Of a DNA stretch of 64,000 nucleotides, positions 50,096 through 60,238 are shown piece by piece (the stretch's first letter is position 1; every line of letters starts with the position of its first letter). The translations under genes and the position numbers were made by a program. Under the pieces are notes generated by a model, which worked only from the letters and a program-made list of their open reading frames with translations, had not been told where the DNA came from and did no database searches. Source of the DNA: Cyanobacteria bacterium P01_F01_bin.150 (GTDB lineage Bacteria > Cyanobacteriota > Cyanobacteriia > CAKZMO01); the NCBI GenBank assembly GCA_039189765.1, contig JBCCYL010000002.1, positions 32,001 to 96,000 of the forward strand. The letters are read 5' to 3'.

Positions 50096-53000
50096 ATGGT
50101 TTCTGAACTGGTGCCGAATTCTTCGAACCCTATCCCTCCTGTGCCCCTTGAGGCAGAATTGAATGCTGCTGACCAGGAAGAGTTGGCGAATCTGGCAAAT
50201 GTGGTGGCGTTGAGCGATCGCACGGTGGTTTTGTTTGTCATTGCCCCCGATAGTGCGCCGAAGCATCCGGTAACGCTGGCGTTGAAAGCGGAGTTGGCAG
50301 CCTTGGGGGAATCTGAGTTTTTGACGCTGCACTACAGTGATGATTCATTGTTTAAATTTTTGAATCGATTGGATCGGGATGATTCGCCTGAGAACCAACC
50401 CGAACGCCGAGTAGTAATGGCCTTTGGATTGGAGCAGTTGCCGTTGCCTCGGCTGCGCCAGGAGATGCAGCAGTTAAATCTGGGGCGGGAACGGATTTTT
50501 GAGCGCAATTTGGTGCTGGTGTTTTGGCTGAATCGGGAGTCCTTTTTGGATGAGTTCCGTAGCTATGCTGCTGACTTTTGGGACTGGCATACCAGCATTG
50601 CTCGATTTACTACACGTCCTCCTGTGAACCCGCAGCTCTATCCCTATCTGGAATGGATGATTGCCGAAAATTCCCATCTGAAGATGAGCGGGATTATGCA
50701 GGTGAATCGTCAGGTGGATATTTTCCTGGATCAGATTTATGTGTCCCTTAAGGGGGAATGGGTGGAGGTTTCAAGGGAATCGGCAAAGGACCAAGATATA
50801 GCTGAAGAAGATCAAATCGCCAGCTACAGAATTCCGAAAAGAAAAGGATTAGACGCTGGTCTCGTGAATGATCTAGAGCTTTTGAGTCATCAAGAAAAGG
50901 CTTTCCATGACAGTGCAGAATCAGAACAACGGCAAAAGGTATCCCACATAGTGGACTTAGCAGATACTGTGCGATACCACAAACACAGTGTCATTCTGGG
51001 CGATCCGGGGGCGGGAAAGACAACCCTGTTGCGATATTTGGCCCGACATTTTGCTTTAGCTCAGCGAGAGTATGATCCCAATAAGGCGATCGAAAACGTT
51101 AAAGGTGGGCAGCAGGAGGATTTGGGACCGCTGCGATTGCCGATTTTGTTTCGGATTGCTGACTATGCTGAACGACTGGCGACACAACCAGATTTAACCC
51201 TAGTCGGGTATCTGAAGCAGTTTTATCACCAGTGGCAAAATCAGTTTGAGGATGCGGATGGGGAGGCTATTACCCAACTACTGTTGAGAAAAATGGCCCA
51301 GGGGGATTGTCTACTGCTGCTCGATGGGTTGGATGAGGTATTTGACCAGGCCAATCGAGCAGTGGTGGTGAAGCAGATTCAGCGATTGGTGGATGACTAT
51401 GCGGCCAACAAGTTTGTGATTACTAGTCGGCTAGCCGGATATCGAGAAGCGGCGTTGGGTAGTCGCTTTCGAGAATTTACAATCACGCCGATGGATGAGG
51501 CGCAGATTGAGCAATTTTTACAGCGATGGTGTTTGGCGATCGAGGAGGGCCAACGGCCAGATGCTGACAAGACGCTGCAACAGCGGGATGCAGAACGAGA
51601 AACCACAGGCATTATGGCGGCAATTTCCACCAATTCAGGGGTGAAACGGTTTGCGACTAATCCACTGTTGCTGACGATTTTGGCGTTAATTCACCGCAAT
51701 GGGACTCAGTTGCCACAGCGACGAGTGGAGTTGTACGAGTTGGCGGCCAAAACTCTGATTGAAGATTGGCAACAGGGGCGTAATGTTCCTTATGGAGCGA
51801 AACCCCAAAAATTAGTACTCAGGGAAGATGAGGTCACTGAACTGCTGGCCCCCTTAGCGTTTCGAATGCATGCGGAAAAACCGTCTGGCTTAATTGAACA
51901 AGCTCAGGCAGAAGAGTGGTTAACCCCCAAAATGATGGAGCTGTATGGGGTGGAAGAAGGTGCCGCCCTCAAGTTGGTGCGACAGTTTTTGCGTAAGGTC
52001 CGGGAAACCACAGGTTTATTTGTTGAACGTGGTCCGGGAGCCTACGGGTTTATGCATCTCACCTTCGAGGAGTATTTTGCTGCTCGTTACATAGCCGATC
52101 ATGAACGTGATCAAATTTTAGAGATTATTCAATCACACATTTCTGATCCACGTTGGGAAGAGCCTAGTTTACTTGCTTTAAGCTACCTCAAGAAACATTT
52201 TCCTGTTCGGTTTCAAGGTTTGTTTGAGGCTTTATTCAACGACTTGACCCTGCTCGATCAAGAATTATGTTCTCAACAGCAAGGTTCTTATCTAAGAGAG
52301 ATTAAATTTAAGCTGCTTAGATTAAAAAATCGTTTGAACAAAAGAAATAGATTCTATCTTCCCTTAATACAGCCATTGCGTTCCTTTGTTCGAATCGTGA
52401 TGTTATCACCTGTACAGTTTCTGTTAGGACTGATCAATTTCTATACAGAGTTTTTTTTATTTAAGTATGTAACAAGCTTAAGATTCGAAAATTTCAAAAA
52501 AGAGCATAATTATTTCTTCTCAAAAGTCAAGTTAGCGATCTTGGCACTTAAAAATATTGAGATGAGTTGGGCAAGTTTTTCTCAGTTATTAAGAGGAGTA
52601 ATGGCGGCAGAAATTATCTTTGAAAGTTCTATTTTTTCCTCATCTGATTCTAGTCGCCTTCATGTTATTGGAACATGGCTTGAAGATCTACGGGGACTCT
52701 TCTTAGAATCCGCAGAATTATCAAGAACAGATATGGGGTTAGAAGATCTCTTGTCAGACTATCTGAAACTTACCTCTAATGATTTATTGCTAGATCAAAA
52801 AATCCAAGAAAGTTCTCAAAGGATATTTTTTGAACTTTCTAATACGTACTTTAGTTTTTCAGAATCTGAAACGATCGTTGATGTTGTAGAGAGACTCAAT
52901 TTAGACCCCATAGTGAAGACCAGGGCAGTTGCTTATAGTCAAGCAGGGTCTATCTATAAAGAGCATAATAAACATGAAGAAGCTGTTTTTCACTATCAGA

Positions 53001-56000
53001 AAAGTTGTTATTACTATGAAAAGCTAAGAGAAAAACTTGACTTAGTAGAACTTTTTCATGATTTATCTGCTTGTTACCGTGCTTGGAGAAAGTATAAACA
53101 AGCCCTGCGTTGTGAGATGAAAGCTTTAAAGATATGTCAAGAAATTGGGGGAAAGAGAGAGTTAGCAAGAACCTATAATTTTATAGGGATGACTTATGAT
53201 TCTTGGGATAAACACGAGCAAGCGGTTGATTATTATCACAAATCACTCAATGCTTTTCAAGATCTAGAAGACTTAGATTATCAGTCTATTATATGGTCTA
53301 ATTTAGCATTTTGCCATAAAAATTGGGCAAAATATGATAAAGCGATAAACTGCTTAGAAGAATGTTTGGCTTTAGAGAAGAAATTAGAAAATAAATCAAG
53401 AATAGCGGATATTTTTAATAGTTTTGGTAATGTTTATCGTGCTTTGGATAAGTATGAAGAGGCCATCGATTACTACAAAAAAAGTAGTGAAATTTACAAC
53501 GAAACTTCTCAGCATAAAAAACAGGCAGAGCAACTACATGAAATTTCCTTCTGTTATTTATACGATGGAAAACATGAGAAAGCAATACATGCGGCGCAGC
53601 AAGAGTTATCCATACGCCAAGATCTTGATAATCCACTTTACATCGCCATGAGTTACGATCTGATAGCGAAAGGCTATGAGTATTCTAAAAAATATGAGGA
53701 AGCAATTACTCACTACAAAAAAAGTTGCAGCTCCTATGAGCAAGTTAATCGAGATGAGAATATTGCTAAAAACTATACATCTATTGCATCTCTATATTCT
53801 GAACGTAGTAGATATGAAGAATCAATTTTGTATTACGAGAAAAGTGCTAGTATTTACACTCAACTGAACAATTTTCACCAACTTAGAGATCAATTATTCA
53901 ATATATCAGTTTGCTACAGCAAACTAGGTAGGGCAGAGGAAGCCCTAGAAATTCTTCAAAAGAGTCTAAGAATAGCCCAAAAGCAAAATAACATACTAGC
54001 AATAGCCTTTGATTCCTCGTGTGTTGGCACAACTTATAAGACCTTAGGAAAATATAAGCAGGCTATCAAGTTTTATAAGAAAAGCTATGATATCTATAAG
54101 AAAATTAGATTTGAAGAATCCGCTGCCAATAAATGTTTCGACATTTCTGCCTGCTATTCTCACCTAAACCAATTTGACTTAGAGTTGGCATATAAAAATA
54201 AGGAATTGAAAATCAGAGAAAAGCTTGGTGATCAGTCTTTTATTGCTGTAATTCATCGACAATTGGGTCGATTTTATATGCAACAAGAAAAATATAAAAA
54301 AGCAATCTCTAATTATGATAAAAGTCGTATCTGTTATGAGAAGTTAGAACAAGCGGATGATGTGGCATCACAGTGGAATAATTTAGGAATTTGTTATCGA
54401 CGATGTCGTCAATATGAGAAAGCGATTGCCTGTGATATTAATGCTTTAAATATCTGGAAAGAGATTGAGAATAAATCTGAATCGGCTCTTACAAGCGATT
54501 TTATAGGAATTGCATATGATAATTGGGATAAATTTGAGGAAGCTATTGATTACTATAAAACAAGCTACACACAATTTATTGAGTTAGATCAAGAAGATAA
54601 TGCTCTGATAGTTTTGGGAAATCTAGCGAATTGTTGTGAGACACGACAAAAGTATTCGGAAGCCCTAAAGTGGCTTCAACAATGTTTAGTTTTTCAGGAA
54701 AAGCTAGAGCAGAGAGAGGATATCGCGAACACACTCCAGAGGATTGGAGACCTCTATCTTAAGTTACAACAATACGAAGAAGCAATTTCTCATTATGATC
54801 AAAGTCGTATCTGTTATGAGAAGTTAGAACAAGCAAATGATATGGCAACACAATGGAATAATTTGGGCACCTGTTATAGACGGTGTGGTCAATACAAAAA
54901 AGCGATTGACTGTAATAGCAACGCTTTAAATATTTGGACAGAGATTGAAAATGAATCTGAATTGGCTTTTACAAATAATTTTATAGGGATGGCATATGAC
55001 AATTGGGATAAATTTGAAGAAGCTACTAATTATTATCAAATAAGCTACACACGATTTATCGAGTTAGAGCAGGAAAATAATGCCATTATAGTTTTGGGAA
55101 ATCTGGCTAATTGCTGTGAAACACAGCAAAAGTATTCGGAAGCTTTAAAGTGGCATCAGCAATGTTTGGTTTTGCAGGAAAAGCTAGAGCAGAAAGAAGA
55201 TATCGCGAACACGCTCCAGAAGCTTGGTGGTCTCTATCTCAAGTTGCAGCAATATGAGGAAGCAATTGCCCATTATGAAAATAGTCGTGATTGTTATGAA
55301 CAATTGGGACTAGATGATAATATCGCTAATCAATGGCGTAACTTAGCTGACTGTTATATAGAAGGCAGCAGTTATGAGAAAGCAATTGACTGTGCACTTA
55401 AAAATTTAGAGATACGTCGAAAACTTGACGATCCCCAAGCCCTAGCTAAAGCCTATAACTTCGTTGGTATTGCTTGTGACGATGGAAGCCAGTATGAACA
55501 GTCCATTGCTCATTATCAGAAAAGTTGTGAAATATTTGAAACGTTACACCAAACTCATAATGTTGCCACCGTTATGAAGAACATGGCCATGTGCTACGAG
55601 AACTGGGAGAAGTACGAAGAAGCATTAGAGCGTTATCAAAAATGTTTAGTCTTGCAGCAAGAGGCTGATGATAAGGAAAAAGTTGCTAGCACCCATAGTA
55701 GCATTGCACACCTCTATCATGATTTAAAGCGCTATGAAGAGGCTATCCTAAGTTATCAAAGTAGCTGTGAAATTTACCAAGAACTTGGAAATGAAGAAGA
55801 AGCTGCTAGTCTGTGGTTTTGGATCGCACATTCTTATAAGGAATTAGGTGAGCCTAGATTAGAGTTAAAAGCAAAACAAGAGGAACTGTTGGTTCGACAA
55901 AAACTGAACGATTTGCCGGAAATTGCTCAAATATACTCTTGGATAGGACATTTATACCACAAACATAATCAGTATGAAGATGCGATTTCTTATTTTCATA

Positions 56001-57271
56001 AAAGCTCAAATATTTATCAGGACTTAGACGAGGAAAATGATTTTGCAAAGGAGCTTTTGTATCTAGCAAATAGTTACTTTAATCTTGATGATTACACGCA
56101 AGCTCTCCAATACCAAAAGCAAGGCCTAGCCATTCATCAGGCTTATGAAGATATAGAGTGGGTAGCCCTTGCTTTTCGTCAATTAGGTCAAATTTATAAG
56201 GCTTTAGGTCAATATGAAGAAGCCATTAACCAATACCAAGAAAGACGAGAAATCAATCAACAGCTCAAGGAAGACGAAAAAGTAGCTTATGATTGGTCTC
56301 GAATCGCCTCTTGTTACTTGGAGTGGGGTAAAGCTGATTTATTTGTATCTGCTAAGCAGCAAGAATTAGCAATTTATCAGAAACTGGATGTTCAGTCTGA
56401 GATTAAAACACTCCATTTTGAGCTTGGTTCTACTTACCAGAAGTGGGAAAATTATGAATCTGCCATTACTCACTACCAACAAAGTCTTGAAATTGCCGAA
56501 CATCTGGACTTAAAAGATCGCATGGCTTACAGGTTATCTGATCTGGCAGTTTGTTATCGGGCACTGAAAGACTATGAAATGGCGATCGCCCACTATCAAA
56601 AGAGTTTAGACCTACGTCAGGCTTTAGCAGATCATAGAGAAAGTGTTGCTATCCAATATACAGAATTAAGCAACACTAAACGCCTGTGGGCAAAGGAGGT
56701 AGCGCAAGATCAAGCCGTTCCCCTTCTTCAGCAAGCCAATCAACATCTGCAACAAGCATTGCAGCTAGATACTGAAGGGGACTATCGTGGGAATCTGGCT
56801 TACGATCATATCTCCCATGCCCTGTTGATTGCTGAATCCTTGCGTCAGGGGACGGGAAGTAACGAAGTAGTGGGTGACCAAATAGCGGAGTTTCGAAAAG
56901 CATATGAGAAAGGATTTGAACTCTTTGCCGAATTAGATCAGACCGTTAGTAAGGCTGAAGAAGCCTTAGAGATTGCCCGTGCCTATCTGGAAATCGAGCC
57001 ATTGCGGGACTTAGAGCAGGCGGAAAAGCTGGCCCAGCAATCCCTGCAAACCTTCCAAGAGTTTAACCGTCGTAAACCACAAGCCATAGCCTACAGGCTA
57101 TTGGGCGAAATTTCCCTACGGCGCATGGTTGATAAGGGTGAGAATAATGATGATGAGAGGACAATAGCGACTCGATATCTTAACAGCAGCCTTAAAATTT
57201 ACCGTGAGTTGACTATTGATCGGAAGGTTGGAGATTTGGAAGAGCTGTTGGGAAAGGCAGAAAGCAGTTAG
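50096..57271 (+). CDS. Giant NLR-like protein: degenerate NTPase-like N-domain + NACHT + long TPR array
   Basis: LGDPGAGKTT, LLLLDGLDE, ITSR, NPLLLT, FMHLTFEEYFAA; about 1400 aa of TPR-like repeats; ATG 50096 is 4 nt after the ATPase stop (ORF open from 50045). Confidence 0.9.
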   Translation: MVSELVPNSSNPIPPVPLEAELNAADQEELANLANVVALSDRTVVLFVIAPDSAPKHPVTLALKAELAALGESEFLTLHYSDDSLFKFLNRLDRDDSPENQPERRVVMAFGLEQLPLPRLRQEMQQLNLGRERIFERNLVLVFWLNRESFLDEFRSYAADFWDWHTSIARFTTRPPVNPQLYPYLEWMIAENSHLKMSGIMQVNRQVDIFLDQIYVSLKGEWVEVSRESAKDQDIAEEDQIASYRIPKRKGLDAGLVNDLELLSHQEKAFHDSAESEQRQKVSHIVDLADTVRYHKHSVILGDPGAGKTTLLRYLARHFALAQREYDPNKAIENVKGGQQEDLGPLRLPILFRIADYAERLATQPDLTLVGYLKQFYHQWQNQFEDADGEAITQLLLRKMAQGDCLLLLDGLDEVFDQANRAVVVKQIQRLVDDYAANKFVITSRLAGYREAALGSRFREFTITPMDEAQIEQFLQRWCLAIEEGQRPDADKTLQQRDAERETTGIMAAISTNSGVKRFATNPLLLTILALIHRNGTQLPQRRVELYELAAKTLIEDWQQGRNVPYGAKPQKLVLREDEVTELLAPLAFRMHAEKPSGLIEQAQAEEWLTPKMMELYGVEEGAALKLVRQFLRKVRETTGLFVERGPGAYGFMHLTFEEYFAARYIADHERDQILEIIQSHISDPRWEEPSLLALSYLKKHFPVRFQGLFEALFNDLTLLDQELCSQQQGSYLREIKFKLLRLKNRLNKRNRFYLPLIQPLRSFVRIVMLSPVQFLLGLINFYTEFFLFKYVTSLRFENFKKEHNYFFSKVKLAILALKNIEMSWASFSQLLRGVMAAEIIFESSIFSSSDSSRLHVIGTWLEDLRGLFLESAELSRTDMGLEDLLSDYLKLTSNDLLLDQKIQESSQRIFFELSNTYFSFSESETIVDVVERLNLDPIVKTRAVAYSQAGSIYKEHNKHEEAVFHYQKSCYYYEKLREKLDLVELFHDLSACYRAWRKYKQALRCEMKALKICQEIGGKRELARTYNFIGMTYDSWDKHEQAVDYYHKSLNAFQDLEDLDYQSIIWSNLAFCHKNWAKYDKAINCLEECLALEKKLENKSRIADIFNSFGNVYRALDKYEEAIDYYKKSSEIYNETSQHKKQAEQLHEISFCYLYDGKHEKAIHAAQQELSIRQDLDNPLYIAMSYDLIAKGYEYSKKYEEAITHYKKSCSSYEQVNRDENIAKNYTSIASLYSERSRYEESILYYEKSASIYTQLNNFHQLRDQLFNISVCYSKLGRAEEALEILQKSLRIAQKQNNILAIAFDSSCVGTTYKTLGKYKQAIKFYKKSYDIYKKIRFEESAANKCFDISACYSHLNQFDLELAYKNKELKIREKLGDQSFIAVIHRQLGRFYMQQEKYKKAISNYDKSRICYEKLEQADDVASQWNNLGICYRRCRQYEKAIACDINALNIWKEIENKSESALTSDFIGIAYDNWDKFEEAIDYYKTSYTQFIELDQEDNALIVLGNLANCCETRQKYSEALKWLQQCLVFQEKLEQREDIANTLQRIGDLYLKLQQYEEAISHYDQSRICYEKLEQANDMATQWNNLGTCYRRCGQYKKAIDCNSNALNIWTEIENESELAFTNNFIGMAYDNWDKFEEATNYYQISYTRFIELEQENNAIIVLGNLANCCETQQKYSEALKWHQQCLVLQEKLEQKEDIANTLQKLGGLYLKLQQYEEAIAHYENSRDCYEQLGLDDNIANQWRNLADCYIEGSSYEKAIDCALKNLEIRRKLDDPQALAKAYNFVGIACDDGSQYEQSIAHYQKSCEIFETLHQTHNVATVMKNMAMCYENWEKYEEALERYQKCLVLQQEADDKEKVASTHSSIAHLYHDLKRYEEAILSYQSSCEIYQELGNEEEAASLWFWIAHSYKELGEPRLELKAKQEELLVRQKLNDLPEIAQIYSWIGHLYHKHNQYEDAISYFHKSSNIYQDLDEENDFAKELLYLANSYFNLDDYTQALQYQKQGLAIHQAYEDIEWVALAFRQLGQIYKALGQYEEAINQYQERREINQQLKEDEKVAYDWSRIASCYLEWGKADLFVSAKQQELAIYQKLDVQSEIKTLHFELGSTYQKWENYESAITHYQQSLEIAEHLDLKDRMAYRLSDLAVCYRALKDYEMAIAHYQKSLDLRQALADHRESVAIQYTELSNTKRLWAKEVAQDQAVPLLQQANQHLQQALQLDTEGDYRGNLAYDHISHALLIAESLRQGTGSNEVVGDQIAEFRKAYEKGFELFAELDQTVSKAEEALEIARAYLEIEPLRDLEQAEKLAQQSLQTFQEFNRRKPQAIAYRLLGEISLRRMVDKGENNDDERTIATRYLNSSLKIYRELTIDRKVGDLEELLGKAESS

Positions 57272-57375
57272 ATTTTGGATTTTAGATTTTAGATTTTGGG
57301 TTTTGGGTGGAGTAATTTGCCTGTGGGAATACTTTTATAACGCTTCGATGGAAAGAAAGACTTCTGCCCTCTGCT

Positions 57376-57770
57376 CTAGAAGTCTTCTGGGTCCAATCCC
57401 ATTTGGCGTAATCGTGCCGCTAGCTGTTCTGCCCGTTGCAATGCGATTTGTTCTCGTTGTTGGGCGGATTCTCTGAGCGATCGCTCCTCCTCCAACGCTT
57501 GCTGAACTGACTGATTGAGCGATCGCTCCTCCTCCAACTGTTGCTGGGCCTCTTCTTCAGGTAGCAGAACTAAAGCTCCACTTTCGGTAAAGAATCACAA
57601 TTTATCACCATTGTGCAGCCCCACAAAAAGCTCCATCTGGTCACTCCACAACTGACCATTATCGTTGGGCTGTAGCTCCTGATATTGACCATTGATGAGG
57701 GTAAAGCCTCGAAACTCCTTTGTTTCGGGATGGAGCCAAAAATAATTCGATACCTGCCACTCGTCTTGGG
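57376..57770 (-). pseudogene. Uma2-family pseudogene (C-terminal half, internal TGA)
   Basis: Frame reads QDEWQVSNYFWLHPETKEFRGFTLINGQYQELQPNDNGQLWSDQMELFVGLHNGDKL*FFTESGALVLLPEEEAQ...RAEQLAARLRQMGLDPEDF*; stop at 57595-57597. Confidence 0.8.
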
Positions 57771-57816
57771 ACGTTTTTGGTCCCTCGCTGCGCGGGGGAC
57801 CAAAAGCGTCTATGTC

Positions 57817-58167
57817 CTAACTGAAGTGACCACAGCTATACTGGTCGCCAAGACCACCAGTGCTCCACATTTTGCATTGTGTATCTAATCCAGTCCACAA
57901 ATGTGCCTTACTCGCTTTGTTCTTTTTAGTGCGATCGCAAATTAGAAACGTTTCCCATAAATTTTCATGACCATTTGAACGTGACCAATGTTGCAAATCA
58001 ATCATCTTAACCTGTTGAATTTTGGAGACTAAATCTACCGCACTTAGCAGGGTTTCAAACAAGTAGTTGTGGAAATATAATCCTTGTGTCAGGTTGACTT
58101 TAATGCGATGTGAGCCATCTAACCGACCAACAGCAATTTCTACGTTTGGTGATAGGTTGATTTTCAT
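57817..58167 (-). CDS. Hypothetical protein
   Basis: 116-aa ATG ORF just downstream of the desaturase-like gene; no motif recognised. Confidence 0.4.
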   Translation of the reverse strand: MKINLSPNVEIAVGRLDGSHRIKVNLTQGLYFHNYLFETLLSAVDLVSKIQQVKMIDLQHWSRSNGHENLWETFLICDRTKKNKASKAHLWTGLDTQCKMWSTGGLGDQYSCGHFS

Positions 58168-58183
58168 AAGAGCTGAGTTTTCT

Positions 58184-59743
58184 CTAGATTCCGAGCTTAT
58201 CCAATAGTTCCACCGTTTGTTCGGGCTTTACTAAACCGTTGGCGCAGAGGATGCCTGAGGCAGCTACGGCTGGAACGCCGATGCCGGGTACGGTGCTGTC
58301 GCCGACTCGGTATAGTCCTTTGATGGGCGTTTTGTTACCGGGGAACGTGGCTTGGCCTGCGGCGATCGCCGGACCATACGTACCCTGATAGCGTCGTAAA
58401 TAGCGCGCATGGGTAAGGGGAGTGCCAATTAGCTCTAGGGTGATGCGATCGCGAATATCGGGAATTACCTTTTCCAAGGCTCGGAATAGAGGTTGCGATC
58501 GCTCTTGCTTTTGGCTGCGATACTGGTCGTCCCGCTGACCGTTCTGGTCCCAATCGTTTTGCTGCCAGTTGCTGTAGGACTCCAGCGTATAGGCATGGAC
58601 GACGTGATGGCCGTCCGGTGCTAGATTTTTGTCCCATACAGACGGGATAGAAATCATGCAGGTATTGCCGGGAACCGTAATATCTGTATTCTGATCGTGG
58701 ACCACTACGTGGTGTCCAGTTAAATGATCTAGCCCATCGGCGCGAATGCCCAAATGCAGATGCATAAAGCTCTCTACCGCTGGCGTTTCTAACGCTTTTG
58801 TACGGTAGGAACTGGGCAGATCCTCAGGATCTAGCAGGTGATTATAGGTATCCCACAGGGTAGCGTTGGAAATAACGGTGGGCGCATGCAGAACTTTACC
58901 CTTGCGGAGTTTGACGCCGACTGCGCGATTATCTTTAACAATAATTTGCTCTATATGGGCATTAAGCTTTACCTGACCACCCCATTTTTCCAGACCGCTA
59001 ACCAAGGCAGCAATAATTGCGCCACTGCCGCCGATGGGATAGTCGATCACCGATTCGGAGCGTTCGCCAAACATAAACGCCATTTCAGGCATTACGGTGC
59101 CGCTGGCCTTTAGCCCCGACAGCAAAAAGCATTCCACATCTAATAGGCGCTGGACCCAAGGATCTTGCAGAGTACGATCGGACCACTGACTCACCGGACC
59201 ATTGACCACTCCCACATAGGGCAGCATCTTGGCCATATTCCAGGCGTAGCGTTTAAACAGTAGCGGAATGGCGTTAAGGTCAGGGCGAAGAGCTAGAGTA
59301 GGAATGCCCTTGAGGGCGTCGTATAGACCCAGCAGTTTGGCCTCTAGCTGCTGGAGCTGCTTTGCGCCTGTGGGGGTAATAGCGGCGATCGCCTCTCGAT
59401 AACGATCTGCATCGCCATAGATAGGTAGGGTTGCATCAGGGAAATAATAATGCCCCAGCGGATCGTAGGGAATAGTTTCCAGGGGCTGTTCCAGCACATC
59501 CAGTACCTGGCGCAAAGGGTTGAGGGAGGGGCGATCGGCTCCAGCCCCCACGTTACCTAAGCCACAGTAGAAAGAGGGACCAGAATCAAAATGAAATCCC
59601 TTACGGGTAAAACTATGGGCCGCGCCCCCGGCAATGCTGTGACTCTCGCATACCAAAACCCGCTTACCATAACGAGCCAGCAATGCACCAGCAACTAGAC
59701 CACCAATGCCGCTGCCAATAATTATGACGTCTGCATCCTGCAT
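58184..59743 (-). CDS. FAD-dependent oxidoreductase, phytoene desaturase / carotenoid isomerase-like
   Basis: IIIGSGIGGL, FDSGPS, GTPLTHARYL..GTYGP, GDSTVPGIGVPAVAASG. Confidence 0.88.
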   Translation of the reverse strand: MQDADVIIIGSGIGGLVAGALLARYGKRVLVCESHSIAGGAAHSFTRKGFHFDSGPSFYCGLGNVGAGADRPSLNPLRQVLDVLEQPLETIPYDPLGHYYFPDATLPIYGDADRYREAIAAITPTGAKQLQQLEAKLLGLYDALKGIPTLALRPDLNAIPLLFKRYAWNMAKMLPYVGVVNGPVSQWSDRTLQDPWVQRLLDVECFLLSGLKASGTVMPEMAFMFGERSESVIDYPIGGSGAIIAALVSGLEKWGGQVKLNAHIEQIIVKDNRAVGVKLRKGKVLHAPTVISNATLWDTYNHLLDPEDLPSSYRTKALETPAVESFMHLHLGIRADGLDHLTGHHVVVHDQNTDITVPGNTCMISIPSVWDKNLAPDGHHVVHAYTLESYSNWQQNDWDQNGQRDDQYRSQKQERSQPLFRALEKVIPDIRDRITLELIGTPLTHARYLRRYQGTYGPAIAAGQATFPGNKTPIKGLYRVGDSTVPGIGVPAVAASGILCANGLVKPEQTVELLDKLGI

Positions 59744-59757
59744 AGAAAAACGAATCC

Positions 59758-60114
59758 TTAAGCGCCTAAAATCTCTTGCAATACCTCTTCAGATGCTCGA
59801 AAACCCACCAGAACTGCCGTGCCGTCTTTTACAAACAGAGGACGCTTAAGCAGCATGGCATCCGCTGCAAATGCCTCCACCCACTGTTCATCGCTCCAGC
59901 TCTTTTTCTCTTCCCCAATGGCGCGATAGGACATGCCAGAGGTATTCCGCATGGGTTTTGCACCCAAAGCTGCTACCCATTCCTGAATCATTTCTTTTGT
60001 GGGCATTTCTTCTTTGGTATTGATAAAGTCATAGGCTACCCCATGCTCATCCATCCATTTAAATGCCTTTTTACAGGTGCCACAATTGGGAATTCCATAT
60101 ACTTGAATTGCCAT
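59758..60114 (-). CDS. ArsC/Spx/MgsR family protein
   Basis: YGIPNCGTCKKA, NTSGMSYR, MLLKRP. Confidence 0.88.
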   Translation of the reverse strand: MAIQVYGIPNCGTCKKAFKWMDEHGVAYDFINTKEEMPTKEMIQEWVAALGAKPMRNTSGMSYRAIGEEKKSWSDEQWVEAFAADAMLLKRPLFVKDGTAVLVGFRASEEVLQEILGA

Positions 60115-60238
60115 AGGTTAGCTCTTTCACATCACTCTCTACACATCACGGGGGCTTAAAGCTTAAGCCGGGAAAGATTCAACTAGAAATATAAGCTCTC
60201 TGGGTATTCTAGTGGGGGATTGGAAATGTTGCAGCTCT

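Noticed and set aside
57570..57888. 77-aa and 67-aa ORFs
   Set aside because: Alternate frames over the Uma2 pseudogene
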